A stretch of DNA of 64,000 nucleotides from Caldisericia bacterium. Its GTDB lineage: Bacteria > Caldisericota > Caldisericia > JAAYUI01. Where the stretch lies: positions 1,216,001-1,280,000 of the forward strand of contig OY771555.1 in NCBI GenBank assembly GCA_963674785.1, given 5' to 3'. The notes under the pieces are model-generated. The model was not told the DNA's origin and did not search any database. It worked only from the letters and a program-made list of their open reading frames with translations. The position numbers were made by a program, and so were the translations under genes. Positions 17,963 through 27,669 of this stretch are shown here, one piece after another (within the stretch, counting starts at the first letter, position 1; each line of letters begins with the position of its first letter).

Positions 17963-20593
17963 ATGAAGAAATTTGTAATTGCTTTTGTTTCACTGTTGCT
18001 TGTTGTTTCGATGGTTGTTTCGTGCGGGGAGGAGAAAACTCCTGAAGAAATGGTCGAATATCTTGAGCAATGGCAGGTGGGAGGGATAGTAATCCCAACG
18101 GACGATTACCAGCTTTTTACAAAACTATCCATTTTGTCACAGAAGACTGAGGAAGTTTTTAAAGCTGAAATCACAAAAAAGCCTGATGGAATAGAAGTTG
18201 CCAAAAAGGAAAACATCACTTTTAACAAACACTACTACGATTTCTATGTTAAAGCAAAAGAGGATCAGGTGGGTATCTATCCATTTGAAATTACTCTTTC
18301 GTCCGATAATAATACTCATGTGATAAAAGGAGAGATCGAGATTCTTGCCCAAACCGAGAAGTTAGATAATCTATTTGGTGGGGCAAACAGGTCAAACGTG
18401 CTAACTGGGTTTGATTTTGACGGCAAGGATGTTGTGAAAAACCACTCAATTACTGATGATCTTATAACCGGACCAGTATCAGATGGAAATAGTATTTTTA
18501 TAGGAACAAAAGATGGAGATTTGATAAAACTTGACTCTGATTTAAATGAGTTTTCTAATATAAATATAATCGATGCTTCAATCGATAAAATTCAAATCTG
18601 TGGTGATTATATTTTTATTGCTGATGTTAATGGTGTTGCTTATATTTTTGAGAAATCTGATACCGATAATTCATCAATGAAACCTATCTCAAAGCTTGAT
18701 CTGGGAAGTAGACTATCTGTCACTCCTTCTGTCGTTTCTGAAAAAAATCTTATTGTTGGGACAAAGGGCGGAGCAATAATTTCATTGGCATATCCAAAGC
18801 TTAAAAAGAATTGGGACTATAAGACTGGTGGAGAAGTGATTTCGCTTGCGGCATCATCAGGAGTTTCAAAAAAAGGTGACCGAAAAGGGACAATTGTTGC
18901 TGCATGTGATGATAGGAATGTATATTTTGTTGGTCTTGATGGAAAACTTGTAACTATGGAGTCAAATGTAAATGATTTTGTGAAACATGTTTCAATAAAA
19001 GACGGAAAGGTCGTTTTAATTTCCGAGACCAATAAAATCTTTTTGAGAAATCTCAGTGACCTATTAATCTACGACATGTTTACTGAAAAAAACATAGATA
19101 GTGGGGCAGCTTTTAATGGTGATTATGTAGTGACTGTCAGTAGAAATAACTTGAATGTTCATGGTATCGATGATGGTTACTTACAGTTGGAGATGCAACT
19201 TGATGCAGAGGTGGTTTACGATCCAATTATTTTGGATGATAAAGTTCTCTTGTTTTTAGAAGATGGTACTTTTAGAGTGATGGATTTCATGGATGGCACT
19301 GAACACTGTAGACACAATTTCTCAGGAAAACCTTTAGGATGGCCAATAATAATCGACGAAAAACTCGTTTTAATGAATGAAGATGGTTACATTTCAACAT
19401 GGGGAGAAAGAGAAAGGGTTGAATTGAGCGGAGCCGTTGATATTTCAAGTGTGAAGTATTTTGGTGGAAGAGGAGACCTCAGGCATTCGGGGTCTTTTGA
19501 TTTTTCTGTTCCAGAGAATCCTTCTGTCATTCTTGAAATTCCGGGTAATTTTGCTCCACCGATTATTTCTAATAAATACATTTTTTTGTATGATATGGAT
19601 CGTGAAGAGTTCAGTTTGAGGTCACAAGAAGATGGTGGAATAGTTTGGTATATCCCTGAAAAAGCAGCACACGGGTTGTTCACTGGTGCGGGACTAAATG
19701 CTGGTCCTCACGAATCTCCGATGTTTATTACGCAAGATGGATTATTTATTGCAACCGAATCAGGTCTTTGGCTTGTAGATGAGAATACTGGAGAAATAAT
19801 ACAAAAAACTAACTACATCGGTATCCCTCAGATTGATGAGCAGGTGATTGTTTTGACATCTGAAGCTGGTGTTGTGTGCCTTGACAGGAATATGAATCAT
19901 TTATGGACAAAGAGTTTAATTGGAGTCACATCTGGTCAACTGTGTATTGATGACGACGAGATATATGTTTTTGATAGGAACGGTGATGATTCAAAAATAT
20001 ACGTTTTTGAAAAGTTGAGTGGAAATACCCTTTTTGAAGAAACCGATTCGATATTACAATATGGGACAAAATTAGTTCTCTCAAGCAAGATGGCCGCAAC
20101 AGGAACAATAGCAGGGATGTGGCTTATGGGTAGAGAACCATATATGGTTTTTGGAGCGGTAAATGGTACAAATAGGGCTTTGAACCCATTTGTTATTGAT
20201 GGTGTTATTGGCTCAATGCAAGAGGGAATCGGATTGATAAAAAAGATTGATTCTGTAAGAGATTTTGCGGAGATAAATTACTTTGATATTAGAGGGATTA
20301 AAGATGAAGATTCAGTCTTCTACAACTTTTTTACAGGCAACGATTTTTTGACGTTTGATAGATTGGTATCACTTACTGCAAAAGAGGAGCTAAAGGCAAA
20401 TACTGATGAATCTATAAAACCTCCACCTGAGGTGTATGTAACAATTAGAAAAAAAATAAACGGAGAGATTCTTTCAGAAATTTTTGTTAATAGCACAGGA
20501 GTTGCGGATTATGCGATGACAGCAACTGATAATTTAATTGCTGTCTGTCAGCAGGGACCATCACCAAAACTCCTTCTGATTGGCGAGAAGTAG
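17963..20593 (+). CDS. Lipoprotein with two PQQ-type beta-propeller regions
   Basis: MKKFVIAF...VVSC lipobox; Trp-docking blades; GGANRSNV and GRGDLRHSG propeller lead-ins. Confidence 0.75.
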   Translation: MKKFVIAFVSLLLVVSMVVSCGEEKTPEEMVEYLEQWQVGGIVIPTDDYQLFTKLSILSQKTEEVFKAEITKKPDGIEVAKKENITFNKHYYDFYVKAKEDQVGIYPFEITLSSDNNTHVIKGEIEILAQTEKLDNLFGGANRSNVLTGFDFDGKDVVKNHSITDDLITGPVSDGNSIFIGTKDGDLIKLDSDLNEFSNINIIDASIDKIQICGDYIFIADVNGVAYIFEKSDTDNSSMKPISKLDLGSRLSVTPSVVSEKNLIVGTKGGAIISLAYPKLKKNWDYKTGGEVISLAASSGVSKKGDRKGTIVAACDDRNVYFVGLDGKLVTMESNVNDFVKHVSIKDGKVVLISETNKIFLRNLSDLLIYDMFTEKNIDSGAAFNGDYVVTVSRNNLNVHGIDDGYLQLEMQLDAEVVYDPIILDDKVLLFLEDGTFRVMDFMDGTEHCRHNFSGKPLGWPIIIDEKLVLMNEDGYISTWGERERVELSGAVDISSVKYFGGRGDLRHSGSFDFSVPENPSVILEIPGNFAPPIISNKYIFLYDMDREEFSLRSQEDGGIVWYIPEKAAHGLFTGAGLNAGPHESPMFITQDGLFIATESGLWLVDENTGEIIQKTNYIGIPQIDEQVIVLTSEAGVVCLDRNMNHLWTKSLIGVTSGQLCIDDDEIYVFDRNGDDSKIYVFEKLSGNTLFEETDSILQYGTKLVLSSKMAATGTIAGMWLMGREPYMVFGAVNGTNRALNPFVIDGVIGSMQEGIGLIKKIDSVRDFAEINYFDIRGIKDEDSVFYNFFTGNDFLTFDRLVSLTAKEELKANTDESIKPPPEVYVTIRKKINGEILSEIFVNSTGVADYAMTATDNLIAVCQQGPSPKLLLIGEK

Positions 20594-20615
20594 AAATCTT
20601 ATTTAGTACCCACGG

Positions 20616-20647
20616 AAAAAAGGCAGGCTTGAAAGCCTGCCTTTTTT
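20616..20647. terminator. Bidirectional Rho-independent terminator
   Basis: AAAAAAGGCAGGCTT/AAGCCTGCCTTTTTT between convergent genes. Confidence 0.88.
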
Positions 20648-20662
20648 ATTTGTAACTGGTTG

Positions 20663-23600
20663 TTATGGGCAACAGTCTCCCCAACCCTTATAAACCCAGC
20701 TGATGATGTATATCCCTGATGATTCTTTTGTGTATGTCACCTGGATACAGCTTCCAGGAGGAAGTGTTTTGAATGAGTACAATCCAGATTCATCGCGAAG
20801 TCCTGGTTGTACCATAAGGCTCATACCCTTCATCTCATATTCATCACATGCTCTGTAATCAAGTGTCAGAATTGCGCCTTCACCGTCAATATTTGCATCA
20901 TTTGTAAACCCATTAAATTCAATATTTGCCCAGTCATAATTATCAACACAACACTCGGTATATTTCATTGATTGCCACGCAACAACTCGATTTCTGTTTG
21001 TGAAGAATCTTACGCAATGCTTGTATTTTGCAGTGTATTCTTCAAATGTGAACTGCCCATGAATATCTTTCATTTTGGGGTCAATAAAGAATTGAGTATT
21101 ATAATCATCGCATAGCTTGATTGTTACAAAAACATCTCCGTTTTTGTCTTTTTCGCTAACATTTTCTATCAGTCCGTCATATATTACTGAGCAACAGTCT
21201 TTGTCCTGGTCAAGTGCTGTCCATGAGATAATTTCTGTTCCTTTAACTTTCAGAATGACACATTTTCCTTCCCCATACTTTTGGAAGGTGTATTTTCTTG
21301 TTGTGTCCATAAGTGTTTTTTTTGCATTGTAACCAAGTCTTACATTTTCGTTAAGGTCCGGGCACTCACTAACCCAAACTGTTAGACTATCTCCATCATC
21401 ATCAATTCCTCCAATTTTTCCAACAACGATTTTAGGTGGAGTGATTTTTGTGCAACAATCACCATCTGTAGAAACAAGTGTCCATGAGTCAACACTCAAT
21501 ACATTGCTTCCACCGCTAATACTAACACAGAAGGTTCCGCATACACCTTTTTTTATATCCTTGATGTGCATCTTTCCAGTTGTATCCATTAAGTCTGGAT
21601 CAGCGGCCAACATTACACCCATCCCAGATGCTGGATTCAAACATTCTTTTATAAAAATCATATCTGAGTAACCTTCGCCACCAGGATTTCTGTTTGTTAC
21701 TGTCCCAAAAATCTTTTTGCCTTCACAGACCTTGCTTTCTGGTGTTGGGTCAGGCTGCTCTTGGTTACCGCAGCAATCTTTTACAAGAGGAAGTGCAATC
21801 CATGAAACAATCCTTTTGTTTACAACACAAATCTTCGCACACCCTTTATAGTCAAAGATTTTGTAATTTCCAGATTTATCAATTCTGATATCATCTGATC
21901 CCGTATACTCATCAAAAACTGAAAACTCTCCACCACAAATCTTGATTGAAACCTTCCAAGGAAGGTCGCTTGTTCCTGTACGTTCTGCAGAGAATATTTC
22001 AACTGGATACCAAGTGCAATCTTCTGGTGGTGGCTGGTCGCCTTTGCAACAATTTCCGCCATTTCTGATCATGGTTGGATAGATTTCCTTGTAGGGAAGT
22101 GCATCTTCATAGATGGGGTTTTCTTTCGCTTCACCGCAGACGATCCAGCATTGCCCCTCTCTTATCTCAGCACACTGATCAGCTGAAAGGTAAACCCTCC
22201 ATGCAGTATTATTCTTGTCGTACCCGTCAAAATTAGGTTCATCATCGTCACAATTTACGACTTCAACTGAAACGCAGAAACAATTCGAATCATTACCACA
22301 GCAGTCTTCCAAAAATGCCTCTGTCACTCTCATTGATTTTCCAACAGGTGTTCCAGTTGTTTCGTCTTGAACAACAACAATCCCACAAACCTTCCAGCAT
22401 TCGCCAATCTGCATGTCAGATGCTAGATTTCTGTCAACTACAAGACCCCAAGTTGTATCAGCTGTATCACCGGTCATTATGAATAGGTTATCATTGAGTG
22501 TAACTTTTGTTTTTATGGTCACACAAACACATTCTGCTTCTGGTTCTCCGCAGCAGTCTTCTTTTGTAGCCTCTTCGACCTTCATGCCAAAATTTATACC
22601 AGGGGTTGGTGTTCCGATTTCTCCAGTGTCTTCCTGCTCAACGATTTCACCGCAGACTTTCCAACACTCTCCATCATTCATTGAGTATGCAATGTCTCTT
22701 GGGATAAGCAGACCCAAAACTGTGCCATCTTCCTTTGTTCCGGTTGCGACAAAGAAGTCGTCATTAATTCTGGTTTTTCCATCGATGATTACACAAACAC
22801 ACTCAACCACAGGTGGGTTATTATCGCAGCAGGTTCCTTCGCTAATCTGTGTGACTTCAAATCCTGGGAATCCGTGTTTTCCTTCAACGAGGTTTCCCTC
22901 AACATTGATGCAACTTCCTTCCATAAACTCAGCTTGAAGTGTTGGTGCTTTGAATAGAACCCATTTGACTCCCCATTCATCAGTTACGTATGCTTCACCT
23001 CTTCCAACCTCTTCAACATGAACACAAAGTCCGCACGAACCACCACCATCATTATTGTCGTCTGGTTCACATGGGCATTCTACGCCTCGAATGCTTGTAA
23101 CCCTGAAAACACTTACAGTTTGTACATTTGTGCCTGGGAGTGGGGTTGTGATTGGGTCTTCTGTTTCTGAGCTTTGTGGATATCCGCAGATTTCATAACA
23201 TTTGTTCACTTCAAGTTTGTAAGCAAGTGATGTCGAATTCCCCTCAAACATCAGATTCCAAGTTTTTCCATTTCCATCAACAGCTGTTGCTGTTGGGATT
23301 TCAGAAGTTGTGTTCAGAGATGCAATTGTCATGCATGTGCATTCGCGGCATTCTGGGTCATCAAAATAAAGAACAACGGTGCTTGTGTCTGAAAACCACT
23401 TGATGTCGTTTGGACCAGTAGCACCAAGATTTTCTGCAACAAATCTCATTGGAAGAAGCGTTCTTCCGTTTACAACATACCCAACAACAGATGGGTTATT
23501 GGGGTCAATCTGAACAGGCTGACCGTTTACAGCAGCAGTTGGTTTTCCAATCCAGATTTCAATGACATTGTGGTCGGTTGTTGTGATGATGATTTTTTTC

Positions 23601-24148
23601 TCGGCTGCGACATAATCAACAGTTGCACCCATTTCCTCAGCAACATATCTGATGAGAAGGAACATTCTTGACTGATTGATTACTGGTGCTGCCTCCATTG
23701 GCCCCTTTTCGCCATCGTCAACCCAATACATGGTGTTTCCAACCTGATACTTGAGGATTCTTACACAATCATCTTCTTCCTCGTCTGGTGGGCAGGTTGG
23801 GGTCGCACAGTCCTCAATCGACTGAGCAAACTCATTTGCACCACTATCAACAGCGCGAACATAGTAGCAATAGAGCTGATCGTTCTGGATGTTGATTGTG
23901 TCTCTGAAATATGTTTCCTCAATTGGGAAATCAGTAAGAGGAGTTGCATACTCCATGCCAACTCCTGGTCCCCTGTAAATCCAGTAGTGGGCAGCATTTG
24001 GGACAGCATCCCAAACCAAGTCGTTATAACCACAACCAGGTGTGACTGTCAGATTAAATCCATCCTGAGCAACAGCTGGTGTGTTGGGTGGAATAATGCT
24101 CAAAATCATGAGCACAGCAATAGCAAACGTTATAAGTCTAGCCTTCAT
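20663..24148 (-). CDS. Secreted Cys-rich surface protein: FN3 + stalk domain + ten tandem Cys-bracketed modules
   Basis: AGGAGG SD; signal peptide; SRMFLLIRYVAEEMG and GRTLLPMRFVAENLG; ten modules ending in CC (first one CPC). Confidence 0.85.
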   Translation of the reverse strand: MKARLITFAIAVLMILSIIPPNTPAVAQDGFNLTVTPGCGYNDLVWDAVPNAAHYWIYRGPGVGMEYATPLTDFPIEETYFRDTINIQNDQLYCYYVRAVDSGANEFAQSIEDCATPTCPPDEEEDDCVRILKYQVGNTMYWVDDGEKGPMEAAPVINQSRMFLLIRYVAEEMGATVDYVAAEKKIIITTTDHNVIEIWIGKPTAAVNGQPVQIDPNNPSVVGYVVNGRTLLPMRFVAENLGATGPNDIKWFSDTSTVVLYFDDPECRECTCMTIASLNTTSEIPTATAVDGNGKTWNLMFEGNSTSLAYKLEVNKCYEICGYPQSSETEDPITTPLPGTNVQTVSVFRVTSIRGVECPCEPDDNNDGGGSCGLCVHVEEVGRGEAYVTDEWGVKWVLFKAPTLQAEFMEGSCINVEGNLVEGKHGFPGFEVTQISEGTCCDNNPPVVECVCVIIDGKTRINDDFFVATGTKEDGTVLGLLIPRDIAYSMNDGECWKVCGEIVEQEDTGEIGTPTPGINFGMKVEEATKEDCCGEPEAECVCVTIKTKVTLNDNLFIMTGDTADTTWGLVVDRNLASDMQIGECWKVCGIVVVQDETTGTPVGKSMRVTEAFLEDCCGNDSNCFCVSVEVVNCDDDEPNFDGYDKNNTAWRVYLSADQCAEIREGQCWIVCGEAKENPIYEDALPYKEIYPTMIRNGGNCCKGDQPPPEDCTWYPVEIFSAERTGTSDLPWKVSIKICGGEFSVFDEYTGSDDIRIDKSGNYKIFDYKGCAKICVVNKRIVSWIALPLVKDCCGNQEQPDPTPESKVCEGKKIFGTVTNRNPGGEGYSDMIFIKECLNPASGMGVMLAADPDLMDTTGKMHIKDIKKGVCGTFCVSISGGSNVLSVDSWTLVSTDGDCCTKITPPKIVVGKIGGIDDDGDSLTVWVSECPDLNENVRLGYNAKKTLMDTTRKYTFQKYGEGKCVILKVKGTEIISWTALDQDKDCCSVIYDGLIENVSEKDKNGDVFVTIKLCDDYNTQFFIDPKMKDIHGQFTFEEYTAKYKHCVRFFTNRNRVVAWQSMKYTECCVDNYDWANIEFNGFTNDANIDGEGAILTLDYRACDEYEMKGMSLMVQPGLRDESGLYSFKTLPPGSCIQVTYTKESSGIYIISWVYKGWGDCCP

Positions 24149-24317
24149 TTTCTAGACCTCCTTATAGAATCTTTGACTCCAATTGTAGCAGAAAAAAGTC
24201 GTTTTTTTGCTGTAGTTCGTACACAATTTAGCAATATTTATTAAACTGGTTGTTATTGTTTGTAATCCAGAGTACTAGCGTTGCAATTGCTGTTGACACA
24301 ATATATCATCTTAACAA

Positions 24318-24809
24318 ATGGAAGAGATAATTTTCAAACCTGTTGGATATGCAGAAACCCCTTGGAAGACTCGTGAAGGAACTCCAATCAGTCCACGTGC
24401 AGCAAAGGGAACTCGCGGAATCATCAAGCTAAAACCTGAATTTGAAGAGTGCCTTCATGATGTTGATGGATTCTCACACGTGCGTGTGATTTTCAACTTT
24501 CATCTTTCAGATAGCTACAAATGCAAGGTTGTGCCTTTCATGGACACAGTTGAACGTGGTGTTTTTGCAACCCACGCACCAAGACGTCCAAATCAGATTG
24601 GTGCATCTGTTTTGAAGGTGGTATCTGTCGAGGGTTGCAATCTCACAGTTGAGGATGTCGACCTGCTAGATGGAACCCCTATTCTGGACATCAAACCCTA
24701 CTTTGCCTCATTTGAACAAGGCGAGGAAAAGGTGGAGTTTCGATATGGTTGGCTTGAGAGGTTGGAGAAAAAGTCAGAGAGTAAGAAAGCGGATGAGAGG
24801 TTTAGTTAG
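24318..24809 (+). CDS. tsaA: tRNA (N6-threonylcarbamoyladenosine37-N6)-methyltransferase TrmO/TsaA
   Basis: RGVFATHAPRRPNQIG and VDLLDGTPILDIKPY motifs. Confidence 0.92.
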   Translation: MEEIIFKPVGYAETPWKTREGTPISPRAAKGTRGIIKLKPEFEECLHDVDGFSHVRVIFNFHLSDSYKCKVVPFMDTVERGVFATHAPRRPNQIGASVLKVVSVEGCNLTVEDVDLLDGTPILDIKPYFASFEQGEEKVEFRYGWLERLEKKSESKKADERFS

Positions 24810-24814
24810 TCAGA

Positions 24815-25924
24815 TTACTCATATTCAATAGTTTCCGCTATTTCATCAATGAACTCAGGTTTTATATATTTCATTATGTCTTTGATTTTCTCGATACCAT
24901 TGAGTAATGATTCATATGATATATAACTGCATATATCTGGTAGTGGTGGATCAAGATGGGAAAAGGTAGGTCTAATAATCTGATTAAAAACCTTTTCTCT
25001 TTTTTCAATTGGGGCAACAATGTAAAGATTTATGTTGATATTTGGTTGAAGACTTATTAGGTCAGACATTCTTAGTAAGCCAGAATATATAGATGTTGTG
25101 TGTTCGATTTCAAATGCAGAAATAATCGATTTTCCCTTTAGCCACAATACATCTATTAGCTCAATAGTTTTTTTCGTACTTTCGTGAAAGTTTATCGGTA
25201 ATTCGTCAAGAAGTCCTGGAAGATTTGAAATAATACCATTTTTACTTTCCCTATTTCTATCGTTTTTGGGTACCCAAGTTTTTAATCCCAGATCATATCC
25301 TAATTTAGATAAAGCAAATTGAATATCAGTATGTGATAACAAGTCGTTAGTGAGTTTAATGTCATTGATGTCTTCATCAACTGGAATTGAAATTATCTTA
25401 CCACTTGCAGTCTCATCAAGTTTTGGTGTATTCTTATTCGTGAGCCACTTTTTATCGATTTCCTTTTTTATTGGATTTTCCTTGGCATTTTTAATAGCTG
25501 ATAGCACTAATTCCCCATCTGCTGTTTTCCACTTCATTGGAGATGATCTAACAAAAGATGTCCAGTAATGTTTTGGTTTATCTTCTTTGTTGAAAAATGA
25601 TAGCTCCTTAATTTCTTTGATAGGGACTCCATATTCAAAATCAATTTCGTCGATTATCTTTACCTTCATTCTTGATGGGAAAGGATCTGCAGAAAAAATC
25701 TTTTGCTTGTCATCTTCGAATGGTTCTGAGACAACCTCCAGAACTCCAACAAATCTAGATATCCCGATTATATAACAGAGCAAATAATCTCCTGGTTTGA
25801 TTTTTTGAACAATATTCCACCTAGATTTTCTGAATCCGGATACTTCTCCCCCAGCTTCTTTAAACTCAGTCCAACTTTTGATCGAGAAAAGGTCTAACCA
25901 GTATGTTCTTTTTTTGTTTCCCAT
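24815..25924 (-). CDS. EVE domain + PD-(D/E)XK endonuclease fusion, putative modification-dependent restriction enzyme
   Basis: N-terminal YWLDLF...KIKPGDYLLCY...FVGVLEVVSEPF...FPSR (EVE/PUA-like); C-terminal IDVLW...AFEIEHTTSIYSGLLRMSDL. Confidence 0.8.
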   Translation of the reverse strand: MGNKKRTYWLDLFSIKSWTEFKEAGGEVSGFRKSRWNIVQKIKPGDYLLCYIIGISRFVGVLEVVSEPFEDDKQKIFSADPFPSRMKVKIIDEIDFEYGVPIKEIKELSFFNKEDKPKHYWTSFVRSSPMKWKTADGELVLSAIKNAKENPIKKEIDKKWLTNKNTPKLDETASGKIISIPVDEDINDIKLTNDLLSHTDIQFALSKLGYDLGLKTWVPKNDRNRESKNGIISNLPGLLDELPINFHESTKKTIELIDVLWLKGKSIISAFEIEHTTSIYSGLLRMSDLISLQPNININLYIVAPIEKREKVFNQIIRPTFSHLDPPLPDICSYISYESLLNGIEKIKDIMKYIKPEFIDEIAETIEYE

Positions 25925-25960
25925 ATTACAAATGGTATTTTCAATATATGTAATGTCAAA

Positions 25961-27628
25961 TTATTCATTTTGAGTATCTGAAACTTCTTTTCTCATCACC
26001 TCAACCACCCAATATGTTGCCTTACCCATCTGGTCTCTTGCGCCAATCTGGATGATTGTTTTGTATTCATCAGCAAACTTGACCTCAACGCTTCCAGTTG
26101 GGTGAACTGAACTTGCGGGGTTATATTTCCAGGAGCATGTCTCAATTCCAGTTTTGATGTCATAAACATGAATCTCTTCACCACCTGCGACCATGACGGC
26201 GTTTACACCCACTCGCTCCATGTACATTCCGCCAGGTCTTGACCATGCCATCTCGCCATCTGCCCCAAAAGCCAAAACTCCTTCGTTGATACCCTCTCTA
26301 CCTGGGAAGTTTAGGTCGTGGTTATCAATCATCTCAAGTGGGTTATCAAGCACAAACTCATCAAGAACCATGGATGATAATCCCTGCCTTATATCAACAT
26401 ACATTGTGCAAGCCTTGCCGTCTGTGAAGAAAACTATGTCATCTTTGACATGAATCATCTCGGTTGCTGGTCTGTCGACCTGCAGCGCCCACATGAAATC
26501 CTCACTGTTTACTGATAATTCATATCCGGTGAGGAACTCACCATCATACATCAGACCGATTCCGTCATGAAAGAAATCGTATTTGTTTCTAATAATCCCT
26601 GAGTCCTGGGTTCTGAAATTGAAAATATTACCGCTATCAGAGATCAGTAAATCTCCAGTGATTATTGTGAAATCTATTCCCTCTGTTGTGTTCAAAACTT
26701 CAACCTTACCTTCGGCTGTGATGAAGACATATTTTCCACTCTCGGTTTTGTATATGATTTCTCCAAGCTCTGTCACGTGGTTGAACCCGAGTCTGTCCGG
26801 TGTCAGGTTTTCATCAAGAGCTATGACATGAGAATTTACTCCGTTGAATGTTGTGAATTGCTTGGTTTTTTCATTGTATGTCACCAACGAATTATTGGTT
26901 TTTCCGAAAAACATTCCTTCAAATTTTTGGATGTCAATGCCCGTGAATCTGCCACTTGGAGCGATTGAGTTTGTTCCTGGTCTGACATCTTGAGCTCCCC
27001 AGTATCCTTGAATCAAACCCTTCCCGCTTAAAACCCTTGTCTGGATGTCTTCAATGACAAGTGTTGCTTGCTCTTCAAGATTGATTGCAAGTGGGATTCT
27101 TCCCTCAGAAAGTTCCTTTTCGCCGTCAAAAACCCTGACCCTTATACCATCGGTTCCTCTGATGAGGGTGTTTGAATCAAAGCTGACGAGATTTACAGAT
27201 CCTGCTTTTACGTATATTGGTTTTTTGCTTTGCCCAACTCCACCAACCCTGTACGTTCTGCTGCTGTTTACTGGGGCGATGAAAACAACCGGAACCCTAC
27301 CGATAACAGAATTGTTTGATGAAAGCTCAAGCCCTGACTCATCTGCAACCACCACTGTAAACAATTCATCACTTAAAGGCAGAATCCATTTTCTATCCTT
27401 GGAAAGTGCAAGATGGAGATTGCAATCATAATCCATTCCAAGGTGTTTGATTTTGACAAGTAAATCAGCCCCTCGGTTGTCGGTAGAGATTACCTCGACT
27501 GATTGTTTACCAGGGATATTAAGATTTGGGATTGAAGGCATTTTGTCAGATGATATATACCAGATCACCCCAATAATCAGTATCACACAAATTGCACTAA
27601 CTGTAACAAGAACCGTGTTTTTTCGCAT
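25961..27628 (-). CDS. Membrane-anchored hypothetical protein, probable beta-propeller C-terminal half
   Basis: Single N-terminal TM; DGEMAWS and KTGIETCSW blade-like motifs; extended -10 TGTTATAAT 7 nt before ATG. Confidence 0.6.
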   Translation of the reverse strand: MRKNTVLVTVSAICVILIIGVIWYISSDKMPSIPNLNIPGKQSVEVISTDNRGADLLVKIKHLGMDYDCNLHLALSKDRKWILPLSDELFTVVVADESGLELSSNNSVIGRVPVVFIAPVNSSRTYRVGGVGQSKKPIYVKAGSVNLVSFDSNTLIRGTDGIRVRVFDGEKELSEGRIPLAINLEEQATLVIEDIQTRVLSGKGLIQGYWGAQDVRPGTNSIAPSGRFTGIDIQKFEGMFFGKTNNSLVTYNEKTKQFTTFNGVNSHVIALDENLTPDRLGFNHVTELGEIIYKTESGKYVFITAEGKVEVLNTTEGIDFTIITGDLLISDSGNIFNFRTQDSGIIRNKYDFFHDGIGLMYDGEFLTGYELSVNSEDFMWALQVDRPATEMIHVKDDIVFFTDGKACTMYVDIRQGLSSMVLDEFVLDNPLEMIDNHDLNFPGREGINEGVLAFGADGEMAWSRPGGMYMERVGVNAVMVAGGEEIHVYDIKTGIETCSWKYNPASSVHPTGSVEVKFADEYKTIIQIGARDQMGKATYWVVEVMRKEVSDTQNE

Positions 27629-27669
27629 GACATAGATTATAACAAAAAAGCTTTAAATGGAAATTACGA

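Noticed and set aside
24318-25924. Functional link between TrmO and the EVE nuclease
   Set aside because: The genes are convergent with separate promoters and different composition, so adjacency is probably incidental.
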